DNA of 64,000 nt, taken from NCBI RefSeq assembly GCF_009914755.1, contig NC_060937.1. One strand, given 5' to 3'. The DNA comes from the human T2T-CHM13v2.0 reference genome, Homo sapiens. Positions 1-14,118 of this stretch are shown in pieces; the first letter of the stretch is position 1, and the number at the start of each line of letters is the position of its first letter. The notes beneath the pieces were generated by a model that worked only from the letters and a program-made list of their open reading frames with translations, was not told the origin of the DNA and searched no databases. A program made the position numbers and the translations under genes.

Positions 1-762
1 TCATTCAGAATTTTGAAATGACTAGCTTAATAATATTCATCATGAGACCTGATTTTTTAAATGATTTTTTAGAAGTTTGGTGATTTGCAGAGTTTTAAAA
101 AATATATTTACTTGCTATAGGACTCTAAAACTAATGTTATCTATGATTTTGTGTTGTGTTTAATTTGTGAACAATCTTATTGCTAATATACAAATGGAAG
201 GGAAATTAATTCCTCCTACCTGTATTAGGAAGTTGCATTTGCGTTAATATCACCAAGAGAGTATAGCCACAAAACACAAGTAAATGCCTCTTTTTTACAT
301 TAAAAATTCCTTTTAATGCCAGTTTACCATTAAGTTATATAACTTCATTCACTTGTTCTAGCAAGCAAGATTTTTCATTTGTGAAAATGGTATTTCAGAT
401 GTTGCTTATTTTCTAATCTCGATATATTAAAATGGAACAAAATGTTCTCTCCAGAGTATCCTAAATGCTCTCTTTCTCTTCTCCTGCCCCAATAGCACTT
501 AATGCAAGAGTCCTTTTTATTCCCAGTGAATTTAATAAATTAAAATTGCATTTGAGAATTCCACATATTATTATTATTATTGTCTGCACCAGAAATATTC
601 TTTGGCCTAACCAATCCTGGTTAGACATGTTTTTGGCTTACAGAGATGATGTCATAAGAAGGAAAGACACTTACAATAACGACAAAGATGATATGGAGGA
701 AATTTAAGCTAATGTTATGGGATATACATTAGGAGAGACACCCACGCACCCCACCCCCCAGC

Positions 763-795
763 CACACACACAGACACACGCACACACACACACAC
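763..795. repeat. (CA)n microsatellite, imperfect
   Basis: Visible CA run with CAGA/CACG interruptions. Confidence 0.9.
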
Positions 796-1142
796 TCAAA
801 TAATTTAGGCCTGATTAATATAAACATATTTGTAAGAAAATTAAGATCAACCAAAAAAAAAACCACTGAATCTTAATTTTTATTGTTTTCATTGGAAATC
901 CTTGTGCTCTACTGAGAACTCAGTGATTCAGATGGGAGAATTGCTGGAGGTAGAGCCTTTATATCATACATAGCCACCCTCCTTTGAGAGTTGAAGAGAC
1001 ACTTACCTGGCCTGACTGAAGGTCAGGGACACATTGTCAAGGTTATTGTGCAGTGCCATTGCTACACAGGGGAAGCTTCATCATATTCTCATTTGATTCC
1101 TATGGAATCACAGGCAACGGTGATCATTTGTTTGAAACCCAT

Positions 1143-1295
1143 GAGCTTTGAAGCCCAACACACCTGAATATCCAACATTCCTCTTTCACTCATTAGCTAA
1201 ACTACCTTTAACAAGTTACTAAAGTCACATATAACTCAATTTTCTTTATATAAAAATTATATTAGTCCCTGCTTCATGCAATTGTTAATTGAACA
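1143..1295 (+). mobile_element. MIR SINE fragment, highly diverged
   Basis: gctttgaagccc...acaagttact...ctcaattttcttt..taaaa follows MIR core order. Confidence 0.55.
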
Positions 1296-1894
1296 TCTAC
1301 TATAAAACTGCCTGTTAATATTATTCTTTATAATACAGTAAATCTTGACTCCAATTATGATTTTGCCTTTTGATTTTGACATTATAGATGAATTGTCTTG
1401 CCTCAAATCAAACAAATCTCATTTCTCATTTTATTTTAATGCTCCTAATTATCTATGTCTTAAATAAAACGCATTGGTTCTGTTTGGTCGTTATCTTACA
1501 TGTCTTTTCAAAAGAATTTAATTGGCTCCTTTCACTTCCTTTTGTATATCACTTTTCAGTTTCCTAGTGGAGGTTTAGGCTCTGTTGCAGGCATACATGT
1601 GCATGTGTGTTTGTGAATACTTGTGTATGTACATCTGTGCATGTGTACTTGTGTGTGTTTATGTCTATTTTAGGCCTCAAACTTAGACAAATTTAAAGTT
1701 GTTAGAGGAAAATTGTACTGGGGCCAAACCTCCTTTGATCACTCTGCAAACAAGCAGTCCTACAATGTGAGCTGAATTTATCCTGTACTCACAAGTCCTG
1801 CCCCTTTTCTGCCATCCTTTCTGGCTACTCTTTGTATTTTTTGTTGACTATTCTGCAGATTTTCACCACTGAATAATGAGTTTTTCAATACTCC

Positions 1895-2105
1895 ACTATA
1901 AGCTTTCTTTTACTTCTCAATTAATATTGTTTTCTTGAATGATTGCATTCATCCTTAAAGTTTCAATTGCTCTCAAAGTGTATCCTTAACACAAATCTCT
2001 CGAAAGATCTTCCTGCATACATGTTTAAATATTCATTTGATAGCTATATTTCTCTGACTCTTAGGCGTATCAAAAAGCCAACATTGAAATCATAATCTTT
2101 CTCCT
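1895..2105 (+). mobile_element. L2 LINE fragment, highly diverged
   Basis: Loose match to L2 3' region (gattgcattcatcc...aaatctct...aaatcataatctttctcc). Confidence 0.4.
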
Positions 2106-2430
2106 AATCATGTCTCTGGCACAGTGCTTACATAAAATGTGTTTGTTTTGCCTAGAGTATCATAATTTTTACATAATTCCATGCTTTTATACAGCTTACT
2201 GGACTCAGCCTATGGCTGTTCAAGAAATATAGTAGCAGCATTTATAAATAATATAAAAACTGTGCTATAATAACTAATCTATGGTAAAAAAAGTAATTTA
2301 TTTTAGTAACAATTAGCTATTAGTTTCTGCAGTTTGTGTAATTCATTTTTATATTTTGAACTCACTTAGTGAACCACATTGTACATTCAATATCATTCAG
2401 GCAAAGAACAGATATACCACAACAGCAAAT

Positions 2431-2729
<299 letters not shown>

Positions 2730-2795
2730 TAATTGATGTCTATCTAATTAGTTACCCACTTGGACAATGTCTATATATGCAGATCAGATACAGTG

Positions 2796-3533
2796 TGTAT
2801 TAAGCAGGGTTCTCATACAGGGATGGAACTAATAGGATATATATATATATATACACACACACACATATAAAATCATAAATTATACTATTTATATATAATT
2901 ATGAATTATACTATTATATATAGTATATATAAAATATATACTATTAGGATATATGTATCCTGTTATAAATACAAATAGTATAATTATAAATTATAAATAG
3001 TATAAATATAGGTACTATTAGGACATATATATATCCTATTAGTTCTGTCTATATATATCCTATATATATATATAAAAGGATATATATATGTATATACATA
3101 CTATGTTGATATATATGTTGATAGTGTTGATAGATATAGATATAGATATATATAAGGTAGTTTATTATGTATTAACTTACACAATCACAAGGTCCCACAA
3201 CAGGCTGTCTGCAAGCTGAGGAGCAAGGAAGCCAGTCTGAGTCCCAAAACTGAAGAACTTGGAGTTCAATGTTTGAGGGCAGGAAACATCCAGCACGGGA
3301 GAAAGAGGTAGGATGAGAGTCTAGGCCAACGTCTCCTTTTCACGTTTTTCTGCCTGCTTTATATTCGCTGGAAGCTGATAGGTTGTGCCCACCAGATTAA
3401 GGGTGGATCTGCCTTACTCAGCCCACTGACTCAAATGTTAATCTCTTTTGGCAACACCCACACAGATGCACACAGGATTAATCCATTGTATCCTTCAATC
3501 CAATCAAGTTGACATTCAGTATTAACTATCACA
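2796..3533 (-). mobile_element. MLT2A1-like solo LTR (HERV-L) with expanded internal (TA)-rich tract (~2836-3155)
   Basis: Ends caatccaatcaagttgacattcagtattaactatcaca (reverse complement of the MLT2A 5' end), starts tgtattaagcagggttctc; 5-bp TSD cagtg/aagtg. Confidence 0.9.
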
Positions 3534-3679
3534 AAGTGGAAAACTGATTCAATTTTATACATTAACAGAGTAAAAGTATGTGCTCTAATTACATGATTAA
3601 CACACCTTTGTCTGGTGTAATCTGTAAAGAATGGGGTCCACACGAATAGGGATTTTTGACATATTGAGTATATACTTCA

Positions 3680-6008
3680 TGTATTAGTCTGTCCTCACGC
3701 TGCTAAAAAAGACATACCCAAGATTGGGTAATTTACAAAGGAAGGAGGTTTAATTGACTCACAGTTCAGCATGGCTGGGGAGGCCTCAGGAAACTTACCA
3801 ATCATGGCAAAAGGGGAAGCAAACAAGTCCTTCTTCACACAACAGCAGCAAGAAGTACGGCACGAGGAGGGGGGAAAGTCCCTTATAAAACAATCAGATC
3901 TTGTTCGAGAACTCACTCACTATCCTGAGAACAGCATGGAGGTAACTGCCCCCATGATTCAATTACCTCTCTCTGGGTCCCTCCCACAGCATGTGGGGAT
4001 TATGGGAACTACAGTTCAAGATGCGATTTGGGTGGGGACAGAGCTAAACCATATCATTCCACCCCGACCCCTCCCAAATCTCATGTCCTCACATTTCAAA
4101 ACACAATCATGCCTTCCAAACAGTTCCCCAAAGTTTTAACTCATTCCAGCATTAACCAAAATGTCCAAGTTAAAGTCTCATCTGAGACAAGGCAATTCTT
4201 TTCTGTCTATGAGCTGGTAAAATCAAAATCAAGTTAGTTACTTCCTAGATACAATGCAGGTACAGGCATTGGGTAAATACACCTGTTCCAAATGGGAGAA
4301 ATTGGCCAAAACCAATTGGCTAATGGCCCCATGCAAGTCCAAAATCCAGTAGGGCATTCATTAAACCTTAATGTTCCAAAATGATCTCCTTTGACTCCAT
4401 GTCTCACATTCAGGTGACACTGATGCAAGAGGTGGGCTCCAGTGACTTTGGACAGCTCCACTCCTGTGCCTTTGCAGGGTACAAGCCCCCGCCCAACTGC
4501 TTTCATAGGCTGGTGTGGAGTGTCTGCAGCTTTTCCAGACACACAGTGCAACCTGTCCGTGGATCTACCATTCTGGAGACTGTCGCCCTCTTCTCACAGC
4601 TCAACTAGGCAGTACACCATTGGGTACTCTGTGTGGGGTCTGTGACCCCACATTTCCCTTCTGAACTGCCCTGGCAGAGGTTCTCTGTGAGAACTCCACT
4701 ACTGCACCAAACTTCTGCCTGGATATACAGGCATTTCCATAAATCCTCCAAAATCAAGTCAGAGATTCCCAGACCACAATTCTTGTCTTCTGTGGACCTG
4801 AGGCCCAACAGCACGTGAAAGCTGCCAAAGCTTGGGGCTTGCACCCTCTGAAGCCATGGCCTGAGCCATACCTTGGCCACTTTTAGTTATGATTGTATCA
4901 GCTGGGACTCAGGGCACCAAGTCCTGAGACTCACAGAGCCAGGTAGCCCTGGACCCAGCTCAGGAAACCATTTTTTCCTCCTAGGCCTCTGGGATTGTGA
5001 TTGGAGGGGCTGCCATGAAGGTCTCTGACATGCCCTGGAGATATTTTCCCTATTTTCTTGGTGATTAACATTTGCCTCCTCATTATTTATACAAATGTCT
5101 GCATCCTGCTTGAATTTCTCCCCAGGAAACTGGGTTTTCTTTTTTATTGCATAGGCAGGCTGCAAATGTTTTGAACTTTTATGCCTTGCTTCCTTTTGAA
5201 TACACTGCCACTTAGAAATGTCTTCCACCAGATACCCTAAATCATCTCTCTCAAGTTCAAAGTTCCATAGATCTCTAGGGTAGAGGCAAAATGCTTCCAG
5301 TCTCTTTGCATAGCAAGAGTGATCTTTACTCCTTGGAACTTTACTCCAGTTCCCAACAAGTTTCTCATCTCTATCTGAGACCACCTCAGCCTGTACTTAA
5401 TTGTCCATGTCACCATCAGCATCTTGGTCAAAGCCATTCAACGAGTCTCTAGGAAGTTCCAAACTTTCCCACATCTTCCTGTCTTCTGAGCCCTCCAAGT
5501 CTCTGGGAAGTTCCAAACTTTCCCACATTTTCCTGTCTTTTTCTGAGCCCTCCAAGCGTTCTAACCTGTGCCTGTTACCCAGTTCCGAACTCACTTCCAC
5601 ATCTAGGGGTATCTTTATGGCAGCACCCCACTCTACTGGTACCAATTTACTATATTAGTTTGTTCTCACACTGCTGATAAAGATGCATGGGAAACTGGGT
5701 AATTTATAAAGGTTTAATTGACTCACAGTTCAGTATGGCTGCAGAGGCATCAGGAAACTTACAATCATGGCAAAAGGGAAAGCAAACACATGGCAGCAGC
5801 AAGGAGAAGTGCAGAACAAAGAGAGGGAACGGCCCCTTATAAAACCATCAGATCTTGTGAGAACTCACTCACTATCACGAGAATAACATGGAAGTAACCA
5901 CCCCCATGATTCAATTATTTTTCATGGGGTCCCTCCCATGACACATGGGGATTATGGGAACTACAGTTCAAGAAGAGATTTGGGTGGGGACACAGCCAAG
6001 CCATATCA
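3680..6008 (-). mobile_element. Full-length THE1D-like MaLR provirus (3' LTR 3680-4056, internal 4057-5650, 5' LTR 5651-6008)
   Basis: Two direct LTRs tgtattagtc...ccatatca flanking THE1-int; perfect TSD CTTCA at 3675-3679 and 6009-6013. Confidence 0.95.
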
Positions 6009-6584
6009 CTTCACAAGTGTATTATACTGAAGTCTATACGTGGTAGATCACAGTGCTTATGCTTTGCCTAACTTTGTGGTATAATCAACTTCCACTCTGA
6101 GATTACAAAGAGTCAGAAATTTAAAAAAGTAAATGTGCTTAGTTCCACCCAGTCAAATAATTTTAATTACAAATTTACTTTTTAAATAAGGCACCCCTGG
6201 TGTATGGTCCTGATGAATTTTGGCACTAACTCATGTTCTGTTTGGCAATCCTTAACCTGTATTATGTAGAAACCTGAGTTTTGGGACTATGTATTGAGCA
6301 GCTTCCTGGATTAATTCAACCTAAATAGATCGGTTTTCCATTTCGGTCTCTAAGCTGCTAAGCCCTGCCATGGAAAATGGCAAATGTGTATTAGAGACCT
6401 TGCCGCAGAAGTATGACTTCCTGTGATGCTCAACAATACATCTCTTGCTAGACTCAGCCTCTTCTTCTCACTCAACAAGTATCTGTTCTTTGCTTTAGCA
6501 TTTTCTTCCAGTGGATTTGTGATAGCAGCTAGCCATTCCCAAATCAGATTCTTTCAGAGCCTCCAAATGGTTGAGGCAGTTTCT

Positions 6585-6765
6585 ATCTTGGCCAAAGTCA
6601 CTTATCTCCTTTTTGCTTCATTTTCTTCACCTGTTAAATGGGATAAAAGTAGTATTCATATCATAGTGTTGCTTTGGATGAAGATTAAATGATTTATTTA
6701 ATAATATACTGCATATAACATTATGTGGCACATGGTAAGTACTATACAGAAAGTACAACCTGTTG
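6585..6765 (+). mobile_element. MIR SINE fragment
   Basis: ttggccaaagtcactt...ctgttaaatgggataa...gaagattaaatga...tggcacatggtaagtact. Confidence 0.75.
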
Positions 6766-7605
6766 TTCCTCTTCTTATCACTGTCATCATCATCAGTAAT
6801 AATAGTAACATTGGTATTAGGATTGATGACCCTAAACCTTAAACTGAGAACATTTACCTTACATTACTTGGAATTTGTTTCTTTGTATGACAAAGTTCAG
6901 ATGTATGCTCTTATTTCTAATTGCACAATAAAATCTCCCAACATCATTACCAAAAATGGAGTTAGAGACAGCTGCAAAGATTCCATGTGCTCTAGGGAGA
7001 GAAACATGACCCCTCAAAACTTTAAAAATAGTTCAGACTCTTTGCCCAAGTCCCTGAATAACTTAGGTGTAATATAAAGATAACTGCCTTCCAAAAGCAA
7101 ACACAGAATTTTACTCTCTTGGCTACAGGAAAGATACTGGGCAATTCTGAGGTCCTTTCCCAATTGACATAGGCAAAAGTCCCTTGTGAAATGTCCTAGG
7201 GCCACAGACCAGGAACATTCAGGTTACATATAATCGGTATGTTTTTATTATTATTAACAGGTTGTTGCAAAGGACAGTTAACATGTGAGATCTTTAACTT
7301 TCTGTTATAATTAAACCTAGTAAAATTTGAGGATAGAAGACCAAAGTTATCAAAGACTGAATGGGAATGTGATACCACAAATGGTAATTCTCAAAGGAAG
7401 GGATGGGGTGAACAAAGCTATATCTTACTGGATGGATAGTCCAGTTTATGTAGATTATGTAGACAGTCCAGATTATGCAGAAGATGATAGAAAATAAACA
7501 GAAGATGTATTTATCTTCTCTAACAAATACAAGCTTTAAAAGGTATCTCCCTAAGGGAGAGTCAATTGCATTTAATGGCAAAGCACCTACCTTGCAATCT
7601 GAAAC

Positions 7606-7643
7606 TGCTTCTTGCACTGTTGCTTCTTGCACTGTTGCTTCTT
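7606..7643. repeat. 15-bp tandem repeat (tgcttcttgcactgt) x2.5
   Basis: Exact copies at 7606 and 7621, partial copy at 7636. Confidence 0.9.
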
Positions 7644-7905
7644 CTGATGGGAATATTGTGTAAGAAAATACCTTTCCATTTTATTATTTATCATTCTGTA
7701 TTTTAAGAAATGTTATAGTAGCATGTATCGATTTATAATTAAATACATTAATAATATTAATTTTAAAATAATATATTCAATAAAATATTTAAAACCTGAA
7801 ATCAAGGTTTTAAAATGTTGAATGTTAGAATTTGATTAACTCTCTTACTTTCGTTTTCTTTTTACACTTCACTATCCAAAAAATGTTCTCAATTTGCACA
7901 TATAA

Positions 7906-7990
7906 CTCTCCCTCTCTCTTTGTCTTTCTATTGCTGTCTCTGTCTAGGTAGATACACACATATGCACACACACACACACGCACACACACA
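7906..7990. repeat. CT-rich then (CA)n microsatellite
   Basis: Directly visible. Confidence 0.85.
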
Positions 7991-8269
7991 TGATTCTTAA
8001 TTATGTTAAAATGTTATCAAGAACCTGTACAGTTTGCAGAAAAGGTATTCTATGTCCTAGCTTTCATTTTTAAATACAAAGTGTCTACATACAATGTTGC
8101 CTGTATATACATATTTCTAAATAACAAATATGATAGTATGTTTTCCATACTTCCTGTCATGTTTGATCATGGAAACAATACCACTTACCTAATGAGATTC
8201 TCTAGGTTTTGATTTCACACACGTCCTGGGCCCACTCAGTACAAATGAGAGTGTGTGTGAATGAAGACA

Positions 8270-8612
8270 AGGCTGAGCTGCTGTCACAAACACGATTCCA
8301 AACGCAGTGCTTCAAACAAAATCTAAGGTCATTTCTTCCTAGAGTAACAATCTAGGCTGGGTGGGGGTCTATGCACGGATGTATTACAGGAAACTGGGCG
8401 AAGAGGCAGCTCCATATTCTTCAACATGTAGCTTCTGAGATGACTCCAGGCATCACTATTCACATTCCAGTGGTGAGAACATAGAGAACATAGAGTGCCA
8501 TCCAAATCTAAAGGCAAAGGAGGCTGAGAAATGCCATTTCTACCTGGGCATCCAGCTGTTTATAAGGAAGGCAAGAATGAGTTTGGGGAACAGCTTTCGG
8601 TCTCCAAAACAC
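8270..8612 (-). mobile_element. Old MLT1-family (MLT1J/K-like) MaLR LTR
   Basis: gctgctgtcacaaac...cagtgcttcaaacaa...tcacattccagtgg...gcaaaggaggctgagaaatg resemble the MLT1 reverse strand. Confidence 0.6.
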
Positions 8613-11600
8613 ACCATGATTAAGTCTTGCAGATGTTTTGGTTTACACGTCATGCAAATATAGCTGTGTTTATGGCAGGTCCTAGAGCATCATGCTTTGT
8701 CCGGGATGAGGGTTTAGAGAAAAGCTGAAAAATAGGCAAAATAAAAAGGGCATGATCTCAGAAATGTTGCTGTGTAAACAAAGCAAAACAACAAACAGAA
8801 ACAGGGAGATGAAATATATCTTTTATCTGCTTGATAATCTTATAGCATGTATTACCTATGTTTGTAATGATTATGTAGAAGATGCTAGAAAATAAATAGA
8901 AGATGTATTTATCTCCTCTAACAAATACGGTGGTCATATTTTGAGAAAACAGTGAAACAAGTAGGACTGGAATAACTAACATCAATATAGGCGGCATCAG
9001 TAGTTTCTCAAACGATTGTTGATGTCCATCTCAAGTTTGACGGTGGAAATAATAGCAGGTTAAGTCCACCAGGTGGTGGTAGAACTGAAGATGGTAGGAG
9101 AAAGCGGAAGTCAGGGCACGTCTGTGACCCCGCCACAGTGTTTTATGAATCAATGAATAGTGTCGGGACATTTGTTCACCTGATCAGTTTTTCAAAAGAC
9201 AAAGACTGAATTTTTTTATTGCTGTTTTATTTTTGTTCCTTGGATATTATTGTCTGTTTTTTAATATATTTTTTTGGTATTATTCTCTGTCTCTTATTCT
9301 TGCAGCCTGGAAGGAGAGGGATAAGAGGTTTTGCACTCACATATTTTTGAGTATTCAAAAGGAAGAAACAGCATGAAAATTCACCATAGAAAACTGTTGG
9401 AATTCTAAGCATTAAGTCCTCTCTAGAGTGAGATAAACTTTCAAGAACTTTCCCATCAGAGATAGAAAACTCTTCATTGAGATGATGAACTAAGCGCTTC
9501 CTGCAAGAGGATAGATAAGAGGGTCTCCAAGTACAAATTCCATTTTGGAATCTAAAATTCACAGTCAGATTCCAAAAAAAATTATGAGCTAGTAGTGATC
9601 ACAGGCACGGGATGAGAAGGTGACAATTTTTCAAAGCTGGTTCATTAGCGCTGTGGGAAAGGCCATTCACACACTGTGTTCTCCCGATGCTGGAGCATAG
9701 TAGCATTTCTGCTTTTAATGGACCGCATGTCTTTTCTGTGTTCCCTGAGAGAACACTTTCCTTACTGGCTCAATTAATTTTTACTTTTTGTTGTTCTGTA
9801 GCTCTATGCCTTTACCTCGGATATTAGAAAGTTTACAATTATTTCACAATTTCCATTTTCTAGTGTGTCAACATCGACATTGACATGTTCCGCGCCCCCA
9901 CCCCCCAACAAACCCCTGCCCCATTCTTTGCTCTGGAAAGACAAACCCGCTGTGGAAAGACTAACCCCTTCCCCAACACAGTCAATTATGAAGAAAGTGC
10001 TTGATGTTAAATGTCTCTAGCCCCAACTGAAACAGGCAAGAGCCATAAGCACTTCCACCTCCAGGCAGATGCTATTTGGGCCTTTGGGCTTTGTTTTGGG
10101 CCTTGAAGCACAAGGGTGTACAAGCTTTCTAAAATGTCTTAAACATCAACTTCTGATGCCATGATTTTTTTTAAGTATCAAAGGCACAGCTGCATCACAT
10201 CGTTTTGCTTAAAGCATTCTGGGACGTTTCAGTTTTCAATCTGGAATTTCAAGCAAGAGGGACCTGACCATAACTCCTCAAGGAGTATGCAGTGTGACCT
10301 CTTCATTCCAACGTATTAACACGTGGAATTGATTTAAGAATTAAAATGACATGTGAACAGGAAACATTGAAATATATATAAAAAAAACAGGATTCTGCAT
10401 GATTATGTTGAATGACAAGATTGATTATAAAGCCCCTGATTCTCCCTTTTGAGCCCAGGATTCTAGTTGTATATCATAGTTGTGTATCTAGTTGTGTATC
10501 ATAAAGGGGAATGTCCTGTGTTTTGATATTCTCCTCATTAACTAGAACTTTAATAATAACAATAAGTTTGTTTCCCTCTCTACTAGAAGTTACAACTTAC
10601 TTCAGTTCAATTCACTACCAGGAAGAGTACCTGGCACATATATGTAGCACGATCCATATTTGTTCAATGAATACACGAATTTGTGGACTCAAGGAATGGT
10701 TATGGGCGTTACAGAATGCACACAAGAATAGAGTAACTGCTGCTCTCAAATTTCTCCTGTTCTCTATGGGAAAGGCAGGTATTTGCGCAATAAGTTGGAC
10801 AAGGACAAATGCCACGATCAAGTACAAATTGTTGTAAGAGAATGTAGGAACCAGTAACTAATTGTAAGTGGAGTGAAGGTGTTTCATTGAAGTCTCCTAT
10901 GGAAGGTAACATTGGATTTAGACCTAACTGATGGAGGTTTCTGCAAAGATACAAAAGGGGGTAGAAAAAGTTGATGAAGAAAAGGTAGTATCAACTTTAA
11001 AAGAAATTAGTTTTGAGAAGGTAGCTGTTGAGGATATGAGAATGCTCGGGACTTTCTATTTGCTTTGTATAGATTATGGAACATAGTAAGGAACAAAGCC
11101 ATAAGGTGTTGAGTATTGCAGCTTTGCTCATTCAAAGGGATGGGACTTTTCTCTCTCATAGGTAAGTTCTCACTTGTCTGTGAGACAAGCAAGCTGAAGA
11201 GGTCTGACTAGGGGATTTGCTGAACAGCTGATAGATCCTGACAGTCTGGTTAAGTGTAAGGTCCCTGAGAGAAGGTCAGTAAGGACTCAGAAGTCTGCAG
11301 TTGGACCAGATGTCCGGGTACAGCCACAGAGTTCAAAAGAGTAGTGCTGAAAGGAAGGAGAGAGGTCTTGTAGATTTCTCACTAGGTAAGCCAAGCTGAA
11401 GCCTGAGTTGCTGTACATGTGACCTGTATACATCCCTGGAGAATCATTTTATTATGCTGTTTTCTCTGCGACTTTTTCCCTAGATATGTGCATACCATGT
11501 GTCTCACCTGCTGAGTTGGACCGTCTGTTTTCTCTTCTCCCTCAGGTATTTAAAAATGTATTCCATTTCATTAGGGTTATTTAACCTGTCTTTTTCTTCC

Positions 11601-12527
11601 ATCAAACCACACATCTTTGAGAGCATTTGCCATGCTTTATTCATCATTGCCTTAAGTCACACGAAGTTTACAAACAGAAAGCAACTAATGGATTCTTAGG
11701 AAATGTCTAAATGACAGATTGGAAGAATTCAAGCAGATCCTGGAGCCAGTCTCTAGAATGACTTTGATTTGTGAACCACACTAAGGTCAACATTTAGCTA
11801 GACCTGAGGCCATGTTTGAGGTCAATTAGGACCTAAGTGGAGGAGAGGAATGCAGGAGAATGCTGTTGGGTATTCCCTGACTGTGTCTGTGTCAAATGCT
11901 GTAAAACACACTTGTAGTATATTGAAACCAGGTTTACAATATTAATTATTGAAGCAATGCTAATACATTGTTTAAGTAAATTACAGAGAATTTTAGCCTA
12001 GCTAGCAATAGTTTAAATTTTGCAATAAGCACTTCCTAGGGTTAGTGTCAATACCAATATAATATTAATTCATATGACATTTCATAAACACTGTCATTTT
12101 TCAATGTAGCTAAACTTAAATGTTTAAATTCAGAGAAAAGTTCTTAATTCCATCTTAACTAGGTTTTACAAATAATCACTATGAATTGAAATGCTGATAA
12201 CCATTGAAACACTAAAATCTAAAATAGAATAAAATATCACATAAACATTACCGAAATTGTTGATTAATTTCTTAAAATTTGTTTTCAAGTTTGTATTTTA
12301 CATTAAAATTGACTATATTATAGCAAACATCTCACTTTAATTTATGCTTTTTCTATTTGAATAAAGGCATACATTAGTACTTTCCAAAAGACATATTTTT
12401 AAGAAAGAATATCTATTTTATTTGGGAAAAACTATATTTATGTGTTTTTTAAGTATAGCATCTAGAAAAGTGTAGAACCAGGATAGAAGATTAACATGGA
12501 AACTGTGCTTTGCATACATTGGGAACT

Positions 12528-13872
12528 TATTATTTTTTTATTGAGGTAAAATTTGTAAAACATAAAATTAACCATTTTAAAATTTAAACTCAGTGGCATC
12601 AAATATGCTAAGAATATTATGTATCAATTATCTCTATCTAGCTCCAAGGCATTTTTGTCACCCTGAAATAAAACCTCGTACCCATTAAGCGGTCACTCCC
12701 CATTTCCCTTTCCCAGCCACCGACAACCACTAGTCAGCTTTCTGTCTTACGGATTGGCCTGTTCTGGAATAATAGAATCATTCAGTGTGTATCCCTTGTG
12801 TCTGGCTTCTTTCACTTAGCATGATGCCTTCTAGGTTCCTCCAGATAGTAGCATGTATCACAACTTCATTTCTTTTTTGGCTAGACTATATTCCGTTGTA
12901 TGGATATACCACTCTTTATCCATTCATCCATTGAAGGACATTTGGTTTGTTTTTACCTTTTGGCTAGTGTGAATTAGTTTGGCTACATTTATTTGTGTAC
13001 AAATGTTTGTTGGAATACCTGGTTTTAATTATTTTGGGTATGCTCCTATGAGTGGAATTGCTGCATCATGTGACATTTCTATGTTTTGCTTCTCAATGAA
13101 ATTGCAAAACTGCTTTCTGTAAAGGCTGTACCATCTTACATTTCACTAACCATATGGGGGTTCTTATTTCTCCACATCATCACCAGTACTTGCTCTTTTA
13201 TGCTTTTTGCTGTTCTTGTTGTTTAATAAATCACCTTAGTTGGTTCAATTGTTATCTTATTATGGCTTCGATTTGCATTTCCCTAATGACTAATAATGTT
13301 GAGTATCTTTTCTTATATTTGTTGGCAATCTGTATATCCTCTTCAGAGAAAGGTCTATTCAAGGCCTTTGCCCATTTTTAACTTAGGTTGTTTAATTTTT
13401 GTTTTTGAGGTGAAAGACTTATTTATATGTATTCTAGATACTAAATTTTATCAGATAATATGATTTGAAAACATTTCATCTCATTCTGTAGGCTGTCTTT
13501 TCACTGTCTTAATAGTTTCCCTGGTTGTAAAAAAGTTTTTATTTAATTGTAATGAGTCCAATTTATCTATTTTTAAAGTGTTTTTCTTATGGTTTTGTGA
13601 TTTTGTTTTGCTTTATCCGAGAGTTCATTACCAAATCCAAGGTTATACACCTTTGATTTCTTTGAAGTTGTTATATATTTTTAGCTCTTTCGTTTAGATC
13701 TGTGATCCATTTTAAGTTGATTTATGTACATACTGTCCATTGGGGTCCAACTTCATTCGCATTATTCCAGCACCAGCTGTAGAAGAGATTATTCTTTCCC
13801 CCATCAAATGGTCTTGGCACCCTTGTCAAAAATCAACTGACTGTAGCTGTATGGGTTTATTTCCAGACTCTT
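12528..13872 (-). mobile_element. L1M (L1MB-like) 3' end and ORF2 terminus, decayed
   Basis: ttttattgaggtaaaattt...cccattaagcggtcactcccca...tggcttctttcacttagcat...tttgcatttccctaatgact...aaatcaactgactg. Confidence 0.9.
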
Positions 13873-14118
13873 TGGCATTTTCTTTACAAAAACACTTGAG
13901 AAATCCCATGAACAGCCGGGAAATATTAAACAATATAATTTTAGAAATACAAATTTTTTGAATTGAAGGTAATTATACAGCACTTTATCCAAGATCAATT
14001 CATTGCCTACAATAACATCTTTGACCCATAGTCATAGAGTCTCACCACAAATACCTCTGATAAATGGCAGCCCACCCATTCATTATAAGACACCTAATTA
14101 CATTAATTCACAACTCTA

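Noticed and set aside
4887-5645. Recurring THE1-int ORFs ([23 protein letters not shown]; also 23467-23856, 29170-29490, 43873-44588)
   Set aside because: Similarity reflects paralogous MaLR internal sequence; frames are broken differently in each copy, so no intact gene
7561-7600. Weak MADE1/mariner-like word caattgcatttaatggcaaa
   Set aside because: No terminal inverted repeats or TA duplication; match too short
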